In this document: positions 24,363-33,046 of the stretch, in pieces
Position numbering within the stretch: position 1 is the stretch's first letter
How the letters are laid out: each line of letters opens with the position of its first letter
Assembly: GCA_016206165.1 (NCBI GenBank)
Contig: JACQSD010000018.1
Location: 1 to 51,529, forward strand
DNA from: Candidatus Uhrbacteria bacterium
Lineage (GTDB): Bacteria; Patescibacteriota; Patescibacteriia; JACQSD01
Length of the DNA stretch: 51,529 nt
Reading direction: 5' to 3'
Notes under the pieces: generated by a model
Told to the model about the DNA's origin: nothing
What the model saw: only the letters and a program-made list of their open reading frames with translations
The model's database searches: none
Made by a program: the position numbers and the translations under genes

Positions 24363-26541
24363 GCAGTGCGGTGGTATCGGGAACGTACTCGCGTGGGCAT
24401 TGGAGTGCATGAAGAATTCCAGTCTCCACTCTTCTTTTACCACGAACGTCCTCCTGGTTGATATACAAGCCGAGTTCATGCATCCCCACGAGATTCGGGA
24501 ATTTCCTCCGGTCATCAAAGAGTGAATGCCCCTCAAACGTATTTGGTACATTCACGCCAAGGAGGTGGAGGAGCGTGGGGGTAAGATCAAGGCTCGACGC
24601 ATACATGTCTACTGCTCTTGGGAGCGGTGAATCGGGCACGTACATCATGAACATAATTTCGTCATAGATATCGAGCGTCCTTGTATCTTCTGGGAATAAG
24701 GCTTTTACGGATACGGTCGGGAATACGGCATGGTCAGCAATCGCAACGACGATCGTGTTTGCTGCGAGTGGGCTTTTTTGGAAATCATCCCAAAATTGCG
24801 AGAAGGCATCGTCCGTCGAGTGAAAGGAATTCAAGACGTCATTTTTTCCATGCCCGTAACTTTTTCTATCTTTCGAAATGGTAAATGGTGGATGCGAATC
24901 GATCGTTGTCATGATACCAAGGAATGGGCGAGCCGTTTGTTGTTCCATCATGGGGATGAGGAGTGGGAACAGTTGATGATCGGAGTATCCCCACGAGAGC
25001 GGTTTTTCCGGAATCACGTTTTTAAGTTGTTCGCGTCCGTAGATTGTATCGACACCAGCGTTCCCGAATAATTTATCCTTCGATGCATACGTGCGTTCAA
25101 TAGCGGTCATGTAGAATGTATCGCCATAGCCATTTTTTTTCAAAATCTCTGGGAGGCAAAGCAATTGATGTCGCGTCAACGAACCATTGCTTATAATTTC
25201 TCCATGCCCGGTTGGCGGGAGAAACGAACAGAGATCCGCGAGCATGCCTGTTTCTGTGGGCGTTGAGGCGTTGTAGAATTTTTTAAACACGGTTGTGTTT
25301 TCGTTTCCCGCCATTTTTTCAAGCCCCGGCGTTAACCCCGGAAATCGTTGATTGTAGACGCTCGTCAATCGTGTCGAGAATGATTCAAAAAAAAGGATGA
25401 GAATGTTTGGAGGTGTCGTTGCGAATCGTTGTGCGAGTTTTGGTGCGAGCGATTTCTCATCGTACACGCGTTCATGCGTGGATACGAGGAATGCATTCGG
25501 TGTATACGTGAGGCCAAATTTTTTCAGTTTTTCTGCAAGGATGGGGTTCAATGTTTTTACGTACGATTTCCCGAAATAGTACTCGATAAAGGAACGCGCG
25601 ATGATTGCTTCGCCTGTATTCCGGAGGATCGAGGATCCAAAAAAGATGCCGATGCCGAGCATGAGAACCACCCCCTCCACGATGATCCATCCGCGCGCGG
25701 ATGTGGTTGCACGGATCGTGCGAGCAAATTTCCATACAACGAATCCAACAATGCAGGTAATTGCGAGAAAGAGCAGCATGGTCACGATGAGCTCGTTGCC
25801 TTGTACGACTTCATCGGCGCCAGCAAGATGCTCGAGTGCCGACGGTCCGATGTGGCGCCCGGAATAGTAAAGGACGCTGACGTTCACGAGCCAGACAAAA
25901 GAAACAAAGAGGGACGCAATGAACCAGAGGAACATTCCTCCCATGCGGATGATTCGTGGTAAATAGCGGAGCAATAGACTCGCAAGTGCTGCACCCGCCA
26001 TCCAGAGCAATGTTATCGCGAATGTACGAAAGACAACGATGGTGTAGATTTTTTCATAGCGCGCATCAATGAGTGAATAGCGGAATCCAAAATATTGGAA
26101 GACGCCGATGATTACGAAAACGGTAATGAATAAGAGGAACGAAGCATCAATCATTTGTATCAATGTCGCTGTGTGTGGAGATGATGCAAGGAGTCGTCGT
26201 ACGAAAATGAAGAGCGCCATCATCAGGATTACCACGAGAACAATTTGTGCGAGTTGATCGCGAATAACGAGTATTGGCGCGAGCAATGATCCAAGAAGCA
26301 GGAAGCGCGCGGCGAATGTGATCGAGAGCGTGCGTGTGGTATCGAGGAATTTTTTCATGATCGACGCAAGAGCGAAGACAGCGATCGTGCTGGCAACAAG
26401 TGCGATGAGTCCCGTGACACCTCCCCACAACGCAAACGATTGCAGAGGAAAATGTGGGATACGGACAAATGACCACGATGCACTCATGAGCGCTGTTGCA
26501 ACGACAATAGCAATGATCGATTTTTTTTCAAAATAATGCAT
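24277..26541 (-). CDS. LTA synthase / phosphoglycerol-transferase family protein (multi-TM N-terminus + sulfatase domain)
   Basis: About 9 TM helices, then PNILILFFESFS...TPTETG...SHPPF, a sulfatase-type domain. The 3' end overlaps the convergent GDPD-like gene by 86 nt. Confidence 0.8.
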   Translation of the reverse strand: MHYFEKKSIIAIVVATALMSASWSFVRIPHFPLQSFALWGGVTGLIALVASTIAVFALASIMKKFLDTTRTLSITFAARFLLLGSLLAPILVIRDQLAQIVLVVILMMALFIFVRRLLASSPHTATLIQMIDASFLLFITVFVIIGVFQYFGFRYSLIDARYEKIYTIVVFRTFAITLLWMAGAALASLLLRYLPRIIRMGGMFLWFIASLFVSFVWLVNVSVLYYSGRHIGPSALEHLAGADEVVQGNELIVTMLLFLAITCIVGFVVWKFARTIRATTSARGWIIVEGVVLMLGIGIFFGSSILRNTGEAIIARSFIEYYFGKSYVKTLNPILAEKLKKFGLTYTPNAFLVSTHERVYDEKSLAPKLAQRFATTPPNILILFFESFSTRLTSVYNQRFPGLTPGLEKMAGNENTTVFKKFYNASTPTETGMLADLCSFLPPTGHGEIISNGSLTRHQLLCLPEILKKNGYGDTFYMTAIERTYASKDKLFGNAGVDTIYGREQLKNVIPEKPLSWGYSDHQLFPLLIPMMEQQTARPFLGIMTTIDSHPPFTISKDRKSYGHGKNDVLNSFHSTDDAFSQFWDDFQKSPLAANTIVVAIADHAVFPTVSVKALFPEDTRTLDIYDEIMFMMYVPDSPLPRAVDMYASSLDLTPTLLHLLGVNVPNTFEGHSLFDDRRKFPNLVGMHELGLYINQEDVRGKRRVETGILHALQCPREYVPDTTALLTMCDLNELYQWKRTMLEEGRLWKKRSE

Positions 26542-26563
26542 ATTTTTTTATAATAGCACAGAG

Positions 26564-26591
26564 TTGACGGCGATTGTAGGGTTGCTATACT
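26564..26591 (+). promoter_or_regulatory. promoter TTGACG-16-TATACT driving the cobalamin riboswitch
   Basis: gagTTGACGgcgattgtagggttgcTATACTtgag. Confidence 0.55.
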
Positions 26592-26597
26592 TGAGAA

Positions 26598-26740
26598 AGT
26601 TCCTTTCACTCATTCCATTCCGTGGGGGAAGGCTGTGAAAATCAGCCGCTGTCCCGCAACTGTAACCCGCCATGGGGTGGGGAGCCAGGATACCCACGGT
26701 GGAACTATCAATCGCTAACTCTTCGAGTGAAAGAGTGAGT
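26598..26740 (+). promoter_or_regulatory. cobalamin (B12) riboswitch
   Basis: P1 CTTTCACTC/GAGTGAAAG. Conserved core GGGAAGGCTGTGAAAATCAGCCGCTGTCCCGCAACTGTAA. B12 box GAGCCAGGATACCCAC, with CCGTGGG/CCCACGG closing. Confidence 0.88.
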
Positions 26741-26768
26741 GCAGAGTTTTCAAAAAAATCTCATGTGC

Positions 26769-26804
26769 ATTCCCTCGTTCCCTCGAACGAGGGAATTTGA
26801 TTTC
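26769..26804 (+). terminator. riboswitch expression-platform terminator
   Basis: ATTCCCTCGTT ccctcg AACGAGGGAAT followed by TTGATTTC. GGAGG and ATG 26831 follow. Confidence 0.65.
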
Positions 26805-26830
26805 AACGAACAGCACACGTGGAGGAAATC

Positions 26831-27232
26831 ATGGATCTTGATATCGGTCGTCGGGAGTTTTTGCGATACGGCATCGGTCTCGCGATCACAACGATGTTCG
26901 TGGGGATCCTGCCGGGGTGCAGGGACATGCTCGACAAGCTCGAGAAGGACAAGAAAACCTATCCGGCAGGAACGCCCTTGGGTGAGCTTGTTCGGAAGGG
27001 CTATGTGGTGTCGAAGGTCGAGAAAGGCGACTGGCAGACGACGTGGAACACGACGTTCGGCGGCCCGAAAATCACTGCCATCAATGGCACGGTCGTCGCA
27101 ACGTTTGATGTGACCGATGTACATGGTTACGTCAATCCTACCGTTGGCGTTGGAGAATATCAGCTCGGCTCTTGGAGAAGCATGACTTGGTATGACTTCA
27201 ACTATCAGCGTGTCTTCACGGTCACGGCATGA
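26831..27232 (+). CDS. Tat-signal lipoprotein of unknown function, first gene under the B12 riboswitch
   Basis: MDLDIGRREFLRYG (twin-Arg motif) ...GILPGC (lipobox). GGAGG lies 6 nt upstream of the ATG. Confidence 0.7.
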   Translation: MDLDIGRREFLRYGIGLAITTMFVGILPGCRDMLDKLEKDKKTYPAGTPLGELVRKGYVVSKVEKGDWQTTWNTTFGGPKITAINGTVVATFDVTDVHGYVNPTVGVGEYQLGSWRSMTWYDFNYQRVFTVTA

Positions 27233-27243
27233 GGTCCGATTTT

Positions 27244-27281
27244 GTGGTGGGAGGTATGCGCAACGCGCAGCCTCCCACCAC
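27244..27281 (+). terminator. 11-bp GC-rich hairpin between the lipoprotein gene and the alpha-toroid gene (attenuator/terminator candidate)
   Basis: GTGGTGGGAGG tatgcgcaacgcgcag CCTCCCACCAC, then acaacaccTTTTcT ATG. Confidence 0.4.
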
Positions 27282-27295
27282 ACAACACCTTTTCT

Positions 27296-28258
27296 ATGCG
27301 TAAAAGTTTCATTATTGCAAGTTTCGTATTTCTCCCGCTTTTTGTGTCCGCAAGCGAATCGCCATGGACTGTGATGGCAGACGCGGCACGGGGAGGAGTA
27401 ACATCCGCCATCACTATTGATCAGAGTTCCGTATTTTCGTTTTCAACTTCACTCCTTGCCTTTGTTGCTGCTGGCGGAAGTCCAGATAGCGCGATCGTTC
27501 AGTCGTTTATCGACAAATATTATACAAACAACCAGATTGGCAATCTGGAATATCTCAACGATGATTTTTGGGGTATTCTTGCGCTACGATCTGCCGGGGT
27601 TCTCGCGTCGGATGCCGTGATCCGTGATGCGCGGTCGCTTATCGAGAAAGCGCAGCGCCCGAATGGGGGATGGAGTTGGAGTCCGACATATCCGGTCGCG
27701 GATACCGATGATACTGCAGCGGCGATCATGGCGCTGCTCGAGAGTGGCGCTGCACGCTCGGATGCATCGATACAAAAAGCATTGGGGTATATTCGCAGCG
27801 CACAGAATATAGATGGGGGATTTCCGAATGTCCCGCCAGCAACATCAAGCATCGAATCGACAGCATGGGTTGTCTCTGCGCTTTGGAAGGCAGGGGAGGA
27901 TCCGAAGACGTGGTCAAAGTCCGGAAAAGATCCGATGACGTATCTTCATGCGCAAGAGAAAAGTGATGGATCGTTTGGTGGAGCAGTGAGCACTGCGTAT
28001 GTCGTCATCGCGCTTGCAGGTAAATCGTATCCGGTGCGATCGTATGTCCCGCCGGTAATTCTTGAGGCTCCACAACAAGAAGAAGTCCCGCAACAGAAGA
28101 TACAATTGCCTCCACCAGAGCAGCCTTCGCCGGTTGTTGAGAAAGTTATCAAGAAACCAGTTGTTCAAAAAGTAATAAAAAAGATCATGAAGAAAGCAGT
28201 GAAGAAACCAAAGAAAACCTCACCCCCACCCTCTCCTAAAAGGAGAGGGAAGATATAG
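27296..28258 (+). CDS. secreted prenyltransferase/terpene-cyclase-like alpha/alpha-toroid repeat protein (transcobalamin alpha-domain-like)
   Basis: Signal peptide MRKSFIIASFVFLPLFVSASE. Repeats DDFWGILALRSAG, NGGWSWSP, DTDDTAAAIMALLESG, QNIDGGFPN, STAWVVSALWKAG, SDGSFGG. Lys/Pro-rich tail. Confidence 0.7.
   Translation: MRKSFIIASFVFLPLFVSASESPWTVMADAARGGVTSAITIDQSSVFSFSTSLLAFVAAGGSPDSAIVQSFIDKYYTNNQIGNLEYLNDDFWGILALRSAGVLASDAVIRDARSLIEKAQRPNGGWSWSPTYPVADTDDTAAAIMALLESGAARSDASIQKALGYIRSAQNIDGGFPNVPPATSSIESTAWVVSALWKAGEDPKTWSKSGKDPMTYLHAQEKSDGSFGGAVSTAYVVIALAGKSYPVRSYVPPVILEAPQQEEVPQQKIQLPPPEQPSPVVEKVIKKPVVQKVIKKIMKKAVKKPKKTSPPPSPKRRGKI
28217..28249. repeat. ACCTCACCC + CCCTCTCCT-N3-AGGAGAGGG hairpin element, copy 3 (inverted orientation), forms the 3' end of the CDS
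   Basis: ACCTCACCCCCA CCCTCTCCT aaa AGGAGAGGG, which encodes ..TSPPPSPKRRGKI*. Confidence 0.85.
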
Positions 28259-28261
28259 AGT

Positions 28262-28702
28262 ATGCTCACACGAGGATTAAAATTTTTCGGAGTCACACTC
28301 GTGCTCATCGGAGTAGGTTTCTTGCTTGGGTGGAGCGTGCAGGCGCCGACGCCTCTACAGCCGACAACATCCGATACGGGTGGAGCGCGTGTTGCCCACC
28401 TCATCATTGATGCGGATACTGGACATCTCCAAACATTCCCCAACGAACCGTTCTTTGCGGGCGCGACAGTTTTTGATATACTGAAAGCAGTGACGACACG
28501 AACATCAATGCCGTTTGTGTACGATCCGCCGGGCGCATATGGCGTCTTCATTCGGCAAATCGGCGGAAAGAAGAATGGAACAGAGAAAAAGTATTGGCAA
28601 TACTGGGTGAACGGGCAGTTTGCCATGGTCGCGGCAGATAAACAGGTTCTTCAATCAGGGGATACTCTATTATGGAAATTCACAGGAGAACAACAGGAAT
28701 AA
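28262..28702 (+). CDS. membrane-anchored DUF4430 protein (transcobalamin beta-domain-like)
   Basis: TM anchor, then ATVFDILKAV...FIRQIGGKKNG..KYWQYWVNGQFA..GADKQVLQSGDTLLWKF, the typical DUF4430 pattern. Confidence 0.75.
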   Translation: MLTRGLKFFGVTLVLIGVGFLLGWSVQAPTPLQPTTSDTGGARVAHLIIDADTGHLQTFPNEPFFAGATVFDILKAVTTRTSMPFVYDPPGAYGVFIRQIGGKKNGTEKKYWQYWVNGQFAMVAADKQVLQSGDTLLWKFTGEQQE

Positions 28703-29223
28703 TACTTGCCTTTGCTCTATTCATGGCTGTGGCAATCGCAGTGCGTTTGCTTCCTCATGCGCCAAATATGACGCCGCTCGGAGCGCTCGCATTAACCGCC
28801 GGTCTTTTCTTGCGAGGGCGGTGGACATGGGTGATACCGATGGCGGTGCTCTTTGCTACGGATCTCGTGCTCGGTGGGTATGCGTGGCCAGTGATGCTTG
28901 CGGTCTACGGCAGCTTTGCACTCATCACGTGGATTGGGCAACAACTGCGATCTGCGTCACGCCCAGCGCAGGTCATTGTTGGCTCGGCAAGTGCATCGCT
29001 CTTCTTTTTTCTCACCACCAACTTCGCAGTCTGGGCATGGACACCAATGTACGAGAAGACATGGAACGGACTCATGCTCTCGTATACACTCGCCATTCCC
29101 TTTTTTAGAAATATGTTTGTTGGGGATCTTTTTTATACCACATCTTTTATAGCAATCATTGTTGCCGTTCAACATCTTACAGCCGTGAAATATTTTTATG
29201 GAACAACCACCATCGGACATTAA
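28672..29223 (+). CDS. polytopic membrane protein, putative cobalamin ECF-type S component (CbrT-like)
   Basis: RLLPHAPNMTPLGALALTAGLF motif and 5-6 TM helices. Functional call is an inference from the motif and from riboswitch context. Confidence 0.55.
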   Translation: MEIHRRTTGIILAFALFMAVAIAVRLLPHAPNMTPLGALALTAGLFLRGRWTWVIPMAVLFATDLVLGGYAWPVMLAVYGSFALITWIGQQLRSASRPAQVIVGSASASLFFFLTTNFAVWAWTPMYEKTWNGLMLSYTLAIPFFRNMFVGDLFYTTSFIAIIVAVQHLTAVKYFYGTTTIGH

Positions 29224-29512
29224 AGAACTGCTCGAGCGGAATATTGCGCTCGCGGAACAGATTTTGTATCATACGAAGAAGACGCACCGTCACCTTATGT
29301 GGGACAGCGCGTTCAGTGCGATCAAATGGGTGATTATTCTCGCTCCACTCCTCGCTGCTGCGTGGTACTTTCCAAAATATACGAAGGATATTGTTGGATT
29401 TACCACGGACATCGGAAAGCAGTTCGAGTTTATGCAGAAACAATTGGGACAGATTGGTGATCTTCAGAAACAGGCGGAACAAATGCAGAAACAAGTGCCG
29501 AAAAGAAAATAG
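29198..29512 (+). CDS. hypothetical single-TM coiled-coil protein
   Basis: 104-aa ORF with TM helix WVIILAPLLAAAWYF and a Gln/Lys-rich tail. Confidence 0.45.
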   Translation: MEQPPSDIKELLERNIALAEQILYHTKKTHRHLMWDSAFSAIKWVIILAPLLAAAWYFPKYTKDIVGFTTDIGKQFEFMQKQLGQIGDLQKQAEQMQKQVPKRK

Positions 29513-29515
29513 AAT

Positions 29516-30784
29516 ATGCTTTCACAAAATTCAAAGATTATACTTACATCAATTGCAGTGAGTGTCATCACTTCATTGCTCGTGAGTTGGTCCTTCATTG
29601 GTGGTCCACTTGCAAAGTATGTGCCGCGTGAGGACGCCGTGGTTGCTCCGCCGTCGCCAGGATCCGTTGTCGAGACGCAACAAGAGGTAAAAAAAGATGT
29701 TGTGGGAGTGAGCCCGAAAGAAGAAGAACAACGGACGATTGATGTGGTGAAGCGCATCTTGCCATCGGTCGTGAGCATTGTGATTTTACGTGATACTGCA
29801 CAACAATCGAGTGGGAGCGGAGTCAATCTTTTTCCATTTGATCAATTTTACGATTTTGGTGATTTTCCGTTTCCTTCACCAGTACAACCAAAGCAGGATC
29901 CCAAGAAAAAGGGAGGGAAAGAAGAAGTTGGTGGTGGCACAGGATTTATCATTTCATCTGACGGTCTTATTCTTTCGAATAAACATGTCCTTGGCATGGA
30001 CAACGCGGAATTCGTCGTCATCATGGTAGATGGGAAGCGATTGCCGCTCAAGGTGCTCGCCACAGATCCATTTAATGATCTTGCGATTGGGAAAATCGAA
30101 GGAAAAAATTTTCCCGCAGTGACGCTTGGAGATTCGGAGAAAATTCAAATCGGGCAGACCGTCATCGCGATTGGGAATTCACTCTCGCAATATCAGAATA
30201 CAGTGACGAAGGGAGTGATCTCTGGTATTGGGCGCCGCGTGATCGCGGGTGACATCACGGGAGTGACGGAGGTGATTGAAGGGGCGCTCCAAACGGATGC
30301 TGCTATTAACCCGGGAAATTCCGGTGGGCCACTCGTGAATCTCGATGGAGCTGTCGTTGGAATAAATACCGCAATTTCACGCGAGGGGCAGCTTATTAGC
30401 TTCGCGATTCCCATTAACGAAGCAAAACGTGGAATTACGAGTGTACAAAAAACGGGGAAAATTGCACGGAGCTGGCTTGGTGTGCGGTATACGGCAGTGA
30501 CGCGAGCGCTGAAAGAAGCAAACAATCTTGATATCGATTACGGCGCGCTCATCACGCGTGGGGGGCCGAATGAGCTCGCGGTTGTTCCTGGAGGGCCAGC
30601 GGACAAAGCAGGGTTGCTTGAAAATGATATTGTACTTGAGGTCAATGGTGTGCGCCTTGATGAAAGCCACGGTCTCTCACCCGAAATTGGAAAATATGAT
30701 CCTGGGGACGTCGTGACGCTCAAGGTGTTATCAAAGGGCAAGACAAAAACAATCAAAGTCACACTCGGAGAATTTAAAGGATAG
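29516..30784 (+). CDS. HtrA/DegP-family trypsin-like serine protease with PDZ domain
   Basis: GTGFIISSDGLILSNKHV, DLAIGKI, GNSGGPLVNLDGAVVGINTAI, and a C-terminal PDZ (GGPADKAGLLENDIVLEVNG). Confidence 0.92.
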   Translation: MLSQNSKIILTSIAVSVITSLLVSWSFIGGPLAKYVPREDAVVAPPSPGSVVETQQEVKKDVVGVSPKEEEQRTIDVVKRILPSVVSIVILRDTAQQSSGSGVNLFPFDQFYDFGDFPFPSPVQPKQDPKKKGGKEEVGGGTGFIISSDGLILSNKHVLGMDNAEFVVIMVDGKRLPLKVLATDPFNDLAIGKIEGKNFPAVTLGDSEKIQIGQTVIAIGNSLSQYQNTVTKGVISGIGRRVIAGDITGVTEVIEGALQTDAAINPGNSGGPLVNLDGAVVGINTAISREGQLISFAIPINEAKRGITSVQKTGKIARSWLGVRYTAVTRALKEANNLDIDYGALITRGGPNELAVVPGGPADKAGLLENDIVLEVNGVRLDESHGLSPEIGKYDPGDVVTLKVLSKGKTKTIKVTLGEFKG

Positions 30785-30867
30785 CCAGAACAGCGAGGTC
30801 AGTGAAGTAAGTGAAGACAGCTTTTACTGATACACTGTCTTTACTGATACACTGTCTTTACTTCACC
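30785..30867 (+). repeat. long word-hairpin repeat (ACAGCGAGGNCAGTGAAG family) with an internal 17-nt tandem duplication
   Basis: CCAGAACAGCGAGGTCAGTGAAGTAAGTGAAGACAG c TTTTACTGATACACTGTCTTTACTGATACACTGTCTTTACTTCAC. Confidence 0.65.
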
Positions 30868-30868
30868 T

Positions 30869-31967
30869 ATGAGTATTTCTGATTTACTCAGTCGGATAGC
30901 CGCTCTCGCCCTGCGCGTCGAGAACACACGGGGGTTTCTTTGACATTGCTGGTAAGGGAAAAATAATTGCAGCGCTTGAAGGGGAAATGAGTCGCCCGGG
31001 ATTCTGGAATGATCAAGCACATGCGCGCGATGTGAGTCAACGCGTTGCCGCACTCAAAAATGAAGTTGAGCGATGGGATCACATGGTGCATGAGGTTGAG
31101 GCGCTCCGCGAGATTGGTGAACTCGACGCAAAAGATCCGACGGTGACCCTCCGGCCAGAGATGGAAAAACGACTCGACGAACTTGAGCGCGAGTTTGAGC
31201 AGCTCGAGTTTTTTGTCTTATTCTCTGGGCCGTATGATGCGAACCCAGCGATCCTCGCGATTCATGCGGGGACAGGCGGGACAGAAGCGCAAGATTGGGC
31301 TGCGATGCTCTTGCGCATGTATCTCCGGTTTTGTGAAGCGAAGGGGTTTCGCGCGACTGTCATTGATGAGCACCGTGGGCAAGAAGCAGGTATGAAGAGC
31401 GTTGTGGTTGAAGTCGAAGGCGCATATAGTTATGGATGGCTGCGATCAGAACATGGCGTTCACCGTCTCGTCCGTATTTCTCCATTTGATGCTGAAAAAA
31501 TGCGACACACAAGTTTTGCGCTTGTTGAAGTGATGCCAGAACTTGGTGCATTACTCGAGGTTGAAATCAAGCCCGAGGATATCAAAATGGAGGGGTTTCG
31601 TTCCTCCGGGCATGGGGGGCAAAACGTGCAAAAGGTAGAAACTGCTGTTCGTATCACGCATATTCCGACAGGTATTGTCGTTGCGTGTCAAAGCGAACGG
31701 TCGCAAGCGCAGAATCGCGAGAATGCGATGAAGATTTTGAAAGCGAAACTGCACATGCGGTTTTTGCAGGAGCAAGAGCGAGAGAAGCAAAAGATCCGCG
31801 GCGCGTATCATGAAGCAGCGTGGGGGAATCAAATCCGTTCGTATGTGCTCCATCCCTATCATCTCGTGAAAGATCATCGGACAGAGGCAGAAACACAGGA
31901 TACGGATGCGGTGCTCGACGGAAAGATTGACATCTTCATTGAGGCATATTTGAAGCATAAAGAATAG
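30869..31967 (+). CDS. prfB: peptide chain release factor 2, programmed +1 frameshift at 30938-30944
   Basis: Frame 1 reads MSISDLLSRIAALALRVENTRGFL then TGA. The site cGGGGGtttCTT TGA C has an SD-like element plus a slippery CTT. The +1 frame continues DIAGKGKIIAALEGEMSRPGFWND...SGHGGQNVQKVETAV. Confidence 0.93.
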
Positions 31968-31991
31968 GATTGCGGGTCCTGTCGCTTCGCA

Positions 31992-32029
31992 CCCCCATCG
32001 CGCTCACTCTCGTTGCGCGCGAATGGGGG
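31992..32029 (+). terminator. GC-rich hairpin after prfB (no U-tract)
   Basis: CCCCCATCGCGC ..13 nt.. GCGCG(A)ATGGGGG. Confidence 0.35.
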
Positions 32030-32062
32030 ACCCCCGCTCCGCGCCACCCGCACACAAAAAAT

Positions 32063-32986
32063 ATGAAACGATATCTTGTTACTGGTGGAGCTGGGTTTGT
32101 GGGGTCGCATCTTGTTGACTACTTGTTATCACGCGGACACACAGTCCGCGTTCTTGATAATTTTTCGACAGGGAAACGTGAACGCATTCCGAATGGCGTT
32201 GAGATTGTTGAGGCAGATATTCGTGATCAGAAAGCGATTGCGTCTGCGTTTGTCGGTGTCGACGGTGTTTTTCACCTTGCTGCGCTCCCGAGCGTCCAGG
32301 TTTCCCTTGAGCACCCAGAGGAAACACATGCGGTGAATGTCACCGGAACAGTGAACGTACTGCTCGCGAGCCGCGACGCGCGAGTCCCTCGCATTGTCTA
32401 TGCAGCATCGTGCGCTGCATATGGCGATCAAGCAACGTTGCCGTGTCATGAGGGGATGACGCCGCATCCAAATACTCCGTACGCACTCCAAAAATATATT
32501 GGTGAGCAGTATGTGCAACTCTTTTCCACGTGCTACGGATTACAGACGGTTGCCCTTCGTTTTTTTAATATCTATGGACCGCAATTACCATTCCACGGCG
32601 CATACGCTTCGGTCATTGGTATCTTTCTCAAACAACAATCAAGTGGTCAGGCACTCACGATCACCGGAGATGGGAAACAAACCAGAGATTTTGTCTATGT
32701 TGAGGACATTGTGCGCGCACTCCTCGCGGCGATGGAAAGCCCGCACGTCGGTACAGGCGAGGTGATCAATATCGGAAGCGGCGTCGAGACGTCGGTGAAC
32801 GCGGTTGCGGATCTTTTTGGTGGTCAACGGGAATATATTGCCCCGCGCGTCGAACTACGTGCGATCCGTGCAAACATTGATCGAGCGAACACGCTCCTCG
32901 GATGGAGCCCAGAGATATCATTTGCCGATGGGATGCAGCGCACGATGGAATGGTTTGCGCGTGCGATGCCATCGCAACGACCATGA
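32063..32986 (+). CDS. NAD-dependent sugar epimerase/dehydratase (UDP-glucose 4-epimerase-like)
   Basis: MKRYLVTGGAGFVGSHL and YxxxK (YALQKY). Start set at ATG 32063; the ORF opens at 31970 across the hairpin. Confidence 0.88.
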   Translation: MKRYLVTGGAGFVGSHLVDYLLSRGHTVRVLDNFSTGKRERIPNGVEIVEADIRDQKAIASAFVGVDGVFHLAALPSVQVSLEHPEETHAVNVTGTVNVLLASRDARVPRIVYAASCAAYGDQATLPCHEGMTPHPNTPYALQKYIGEQYVQLFSTCYGLQTVALRFFNIYGPQLPFHGAYASVIGIFLKQQSSGQALTITGDGKQTRDFVYVEDIVRALLAAMESPHVGTGEVINIGSGVETSVNAVADLFGGQREYIAPRVELRAIRANIDRANTLLGWSPEISFADGMQRTMEWFARAMPSQRP

Positions 32987-33046
32987 CGAGTGCCGTTACA
33001 AATTTGTTTTACTCGTTGATACCCATCACATATCATCCATTCTTTA

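Noticed and set aside
26750-27283. 177-aa minus-strand ORF opposite the riboswitch terminator and the lipoprotein gene
   Set aside because: It overlaps the riboswitch expression platform and a gene with strong SD, Tat and lipobox signals. Its composition is typical of an antisense artefact.
30941-30943. Alternative genetic code (UGA read as Gly, as in some CPR lineages)
   Set aside because: TGA terminates many well-delimited genes here (for example 14053/14056 and 37658/37661). RF2, which decodes UGA, is present and has a UGA-based frameshift site.
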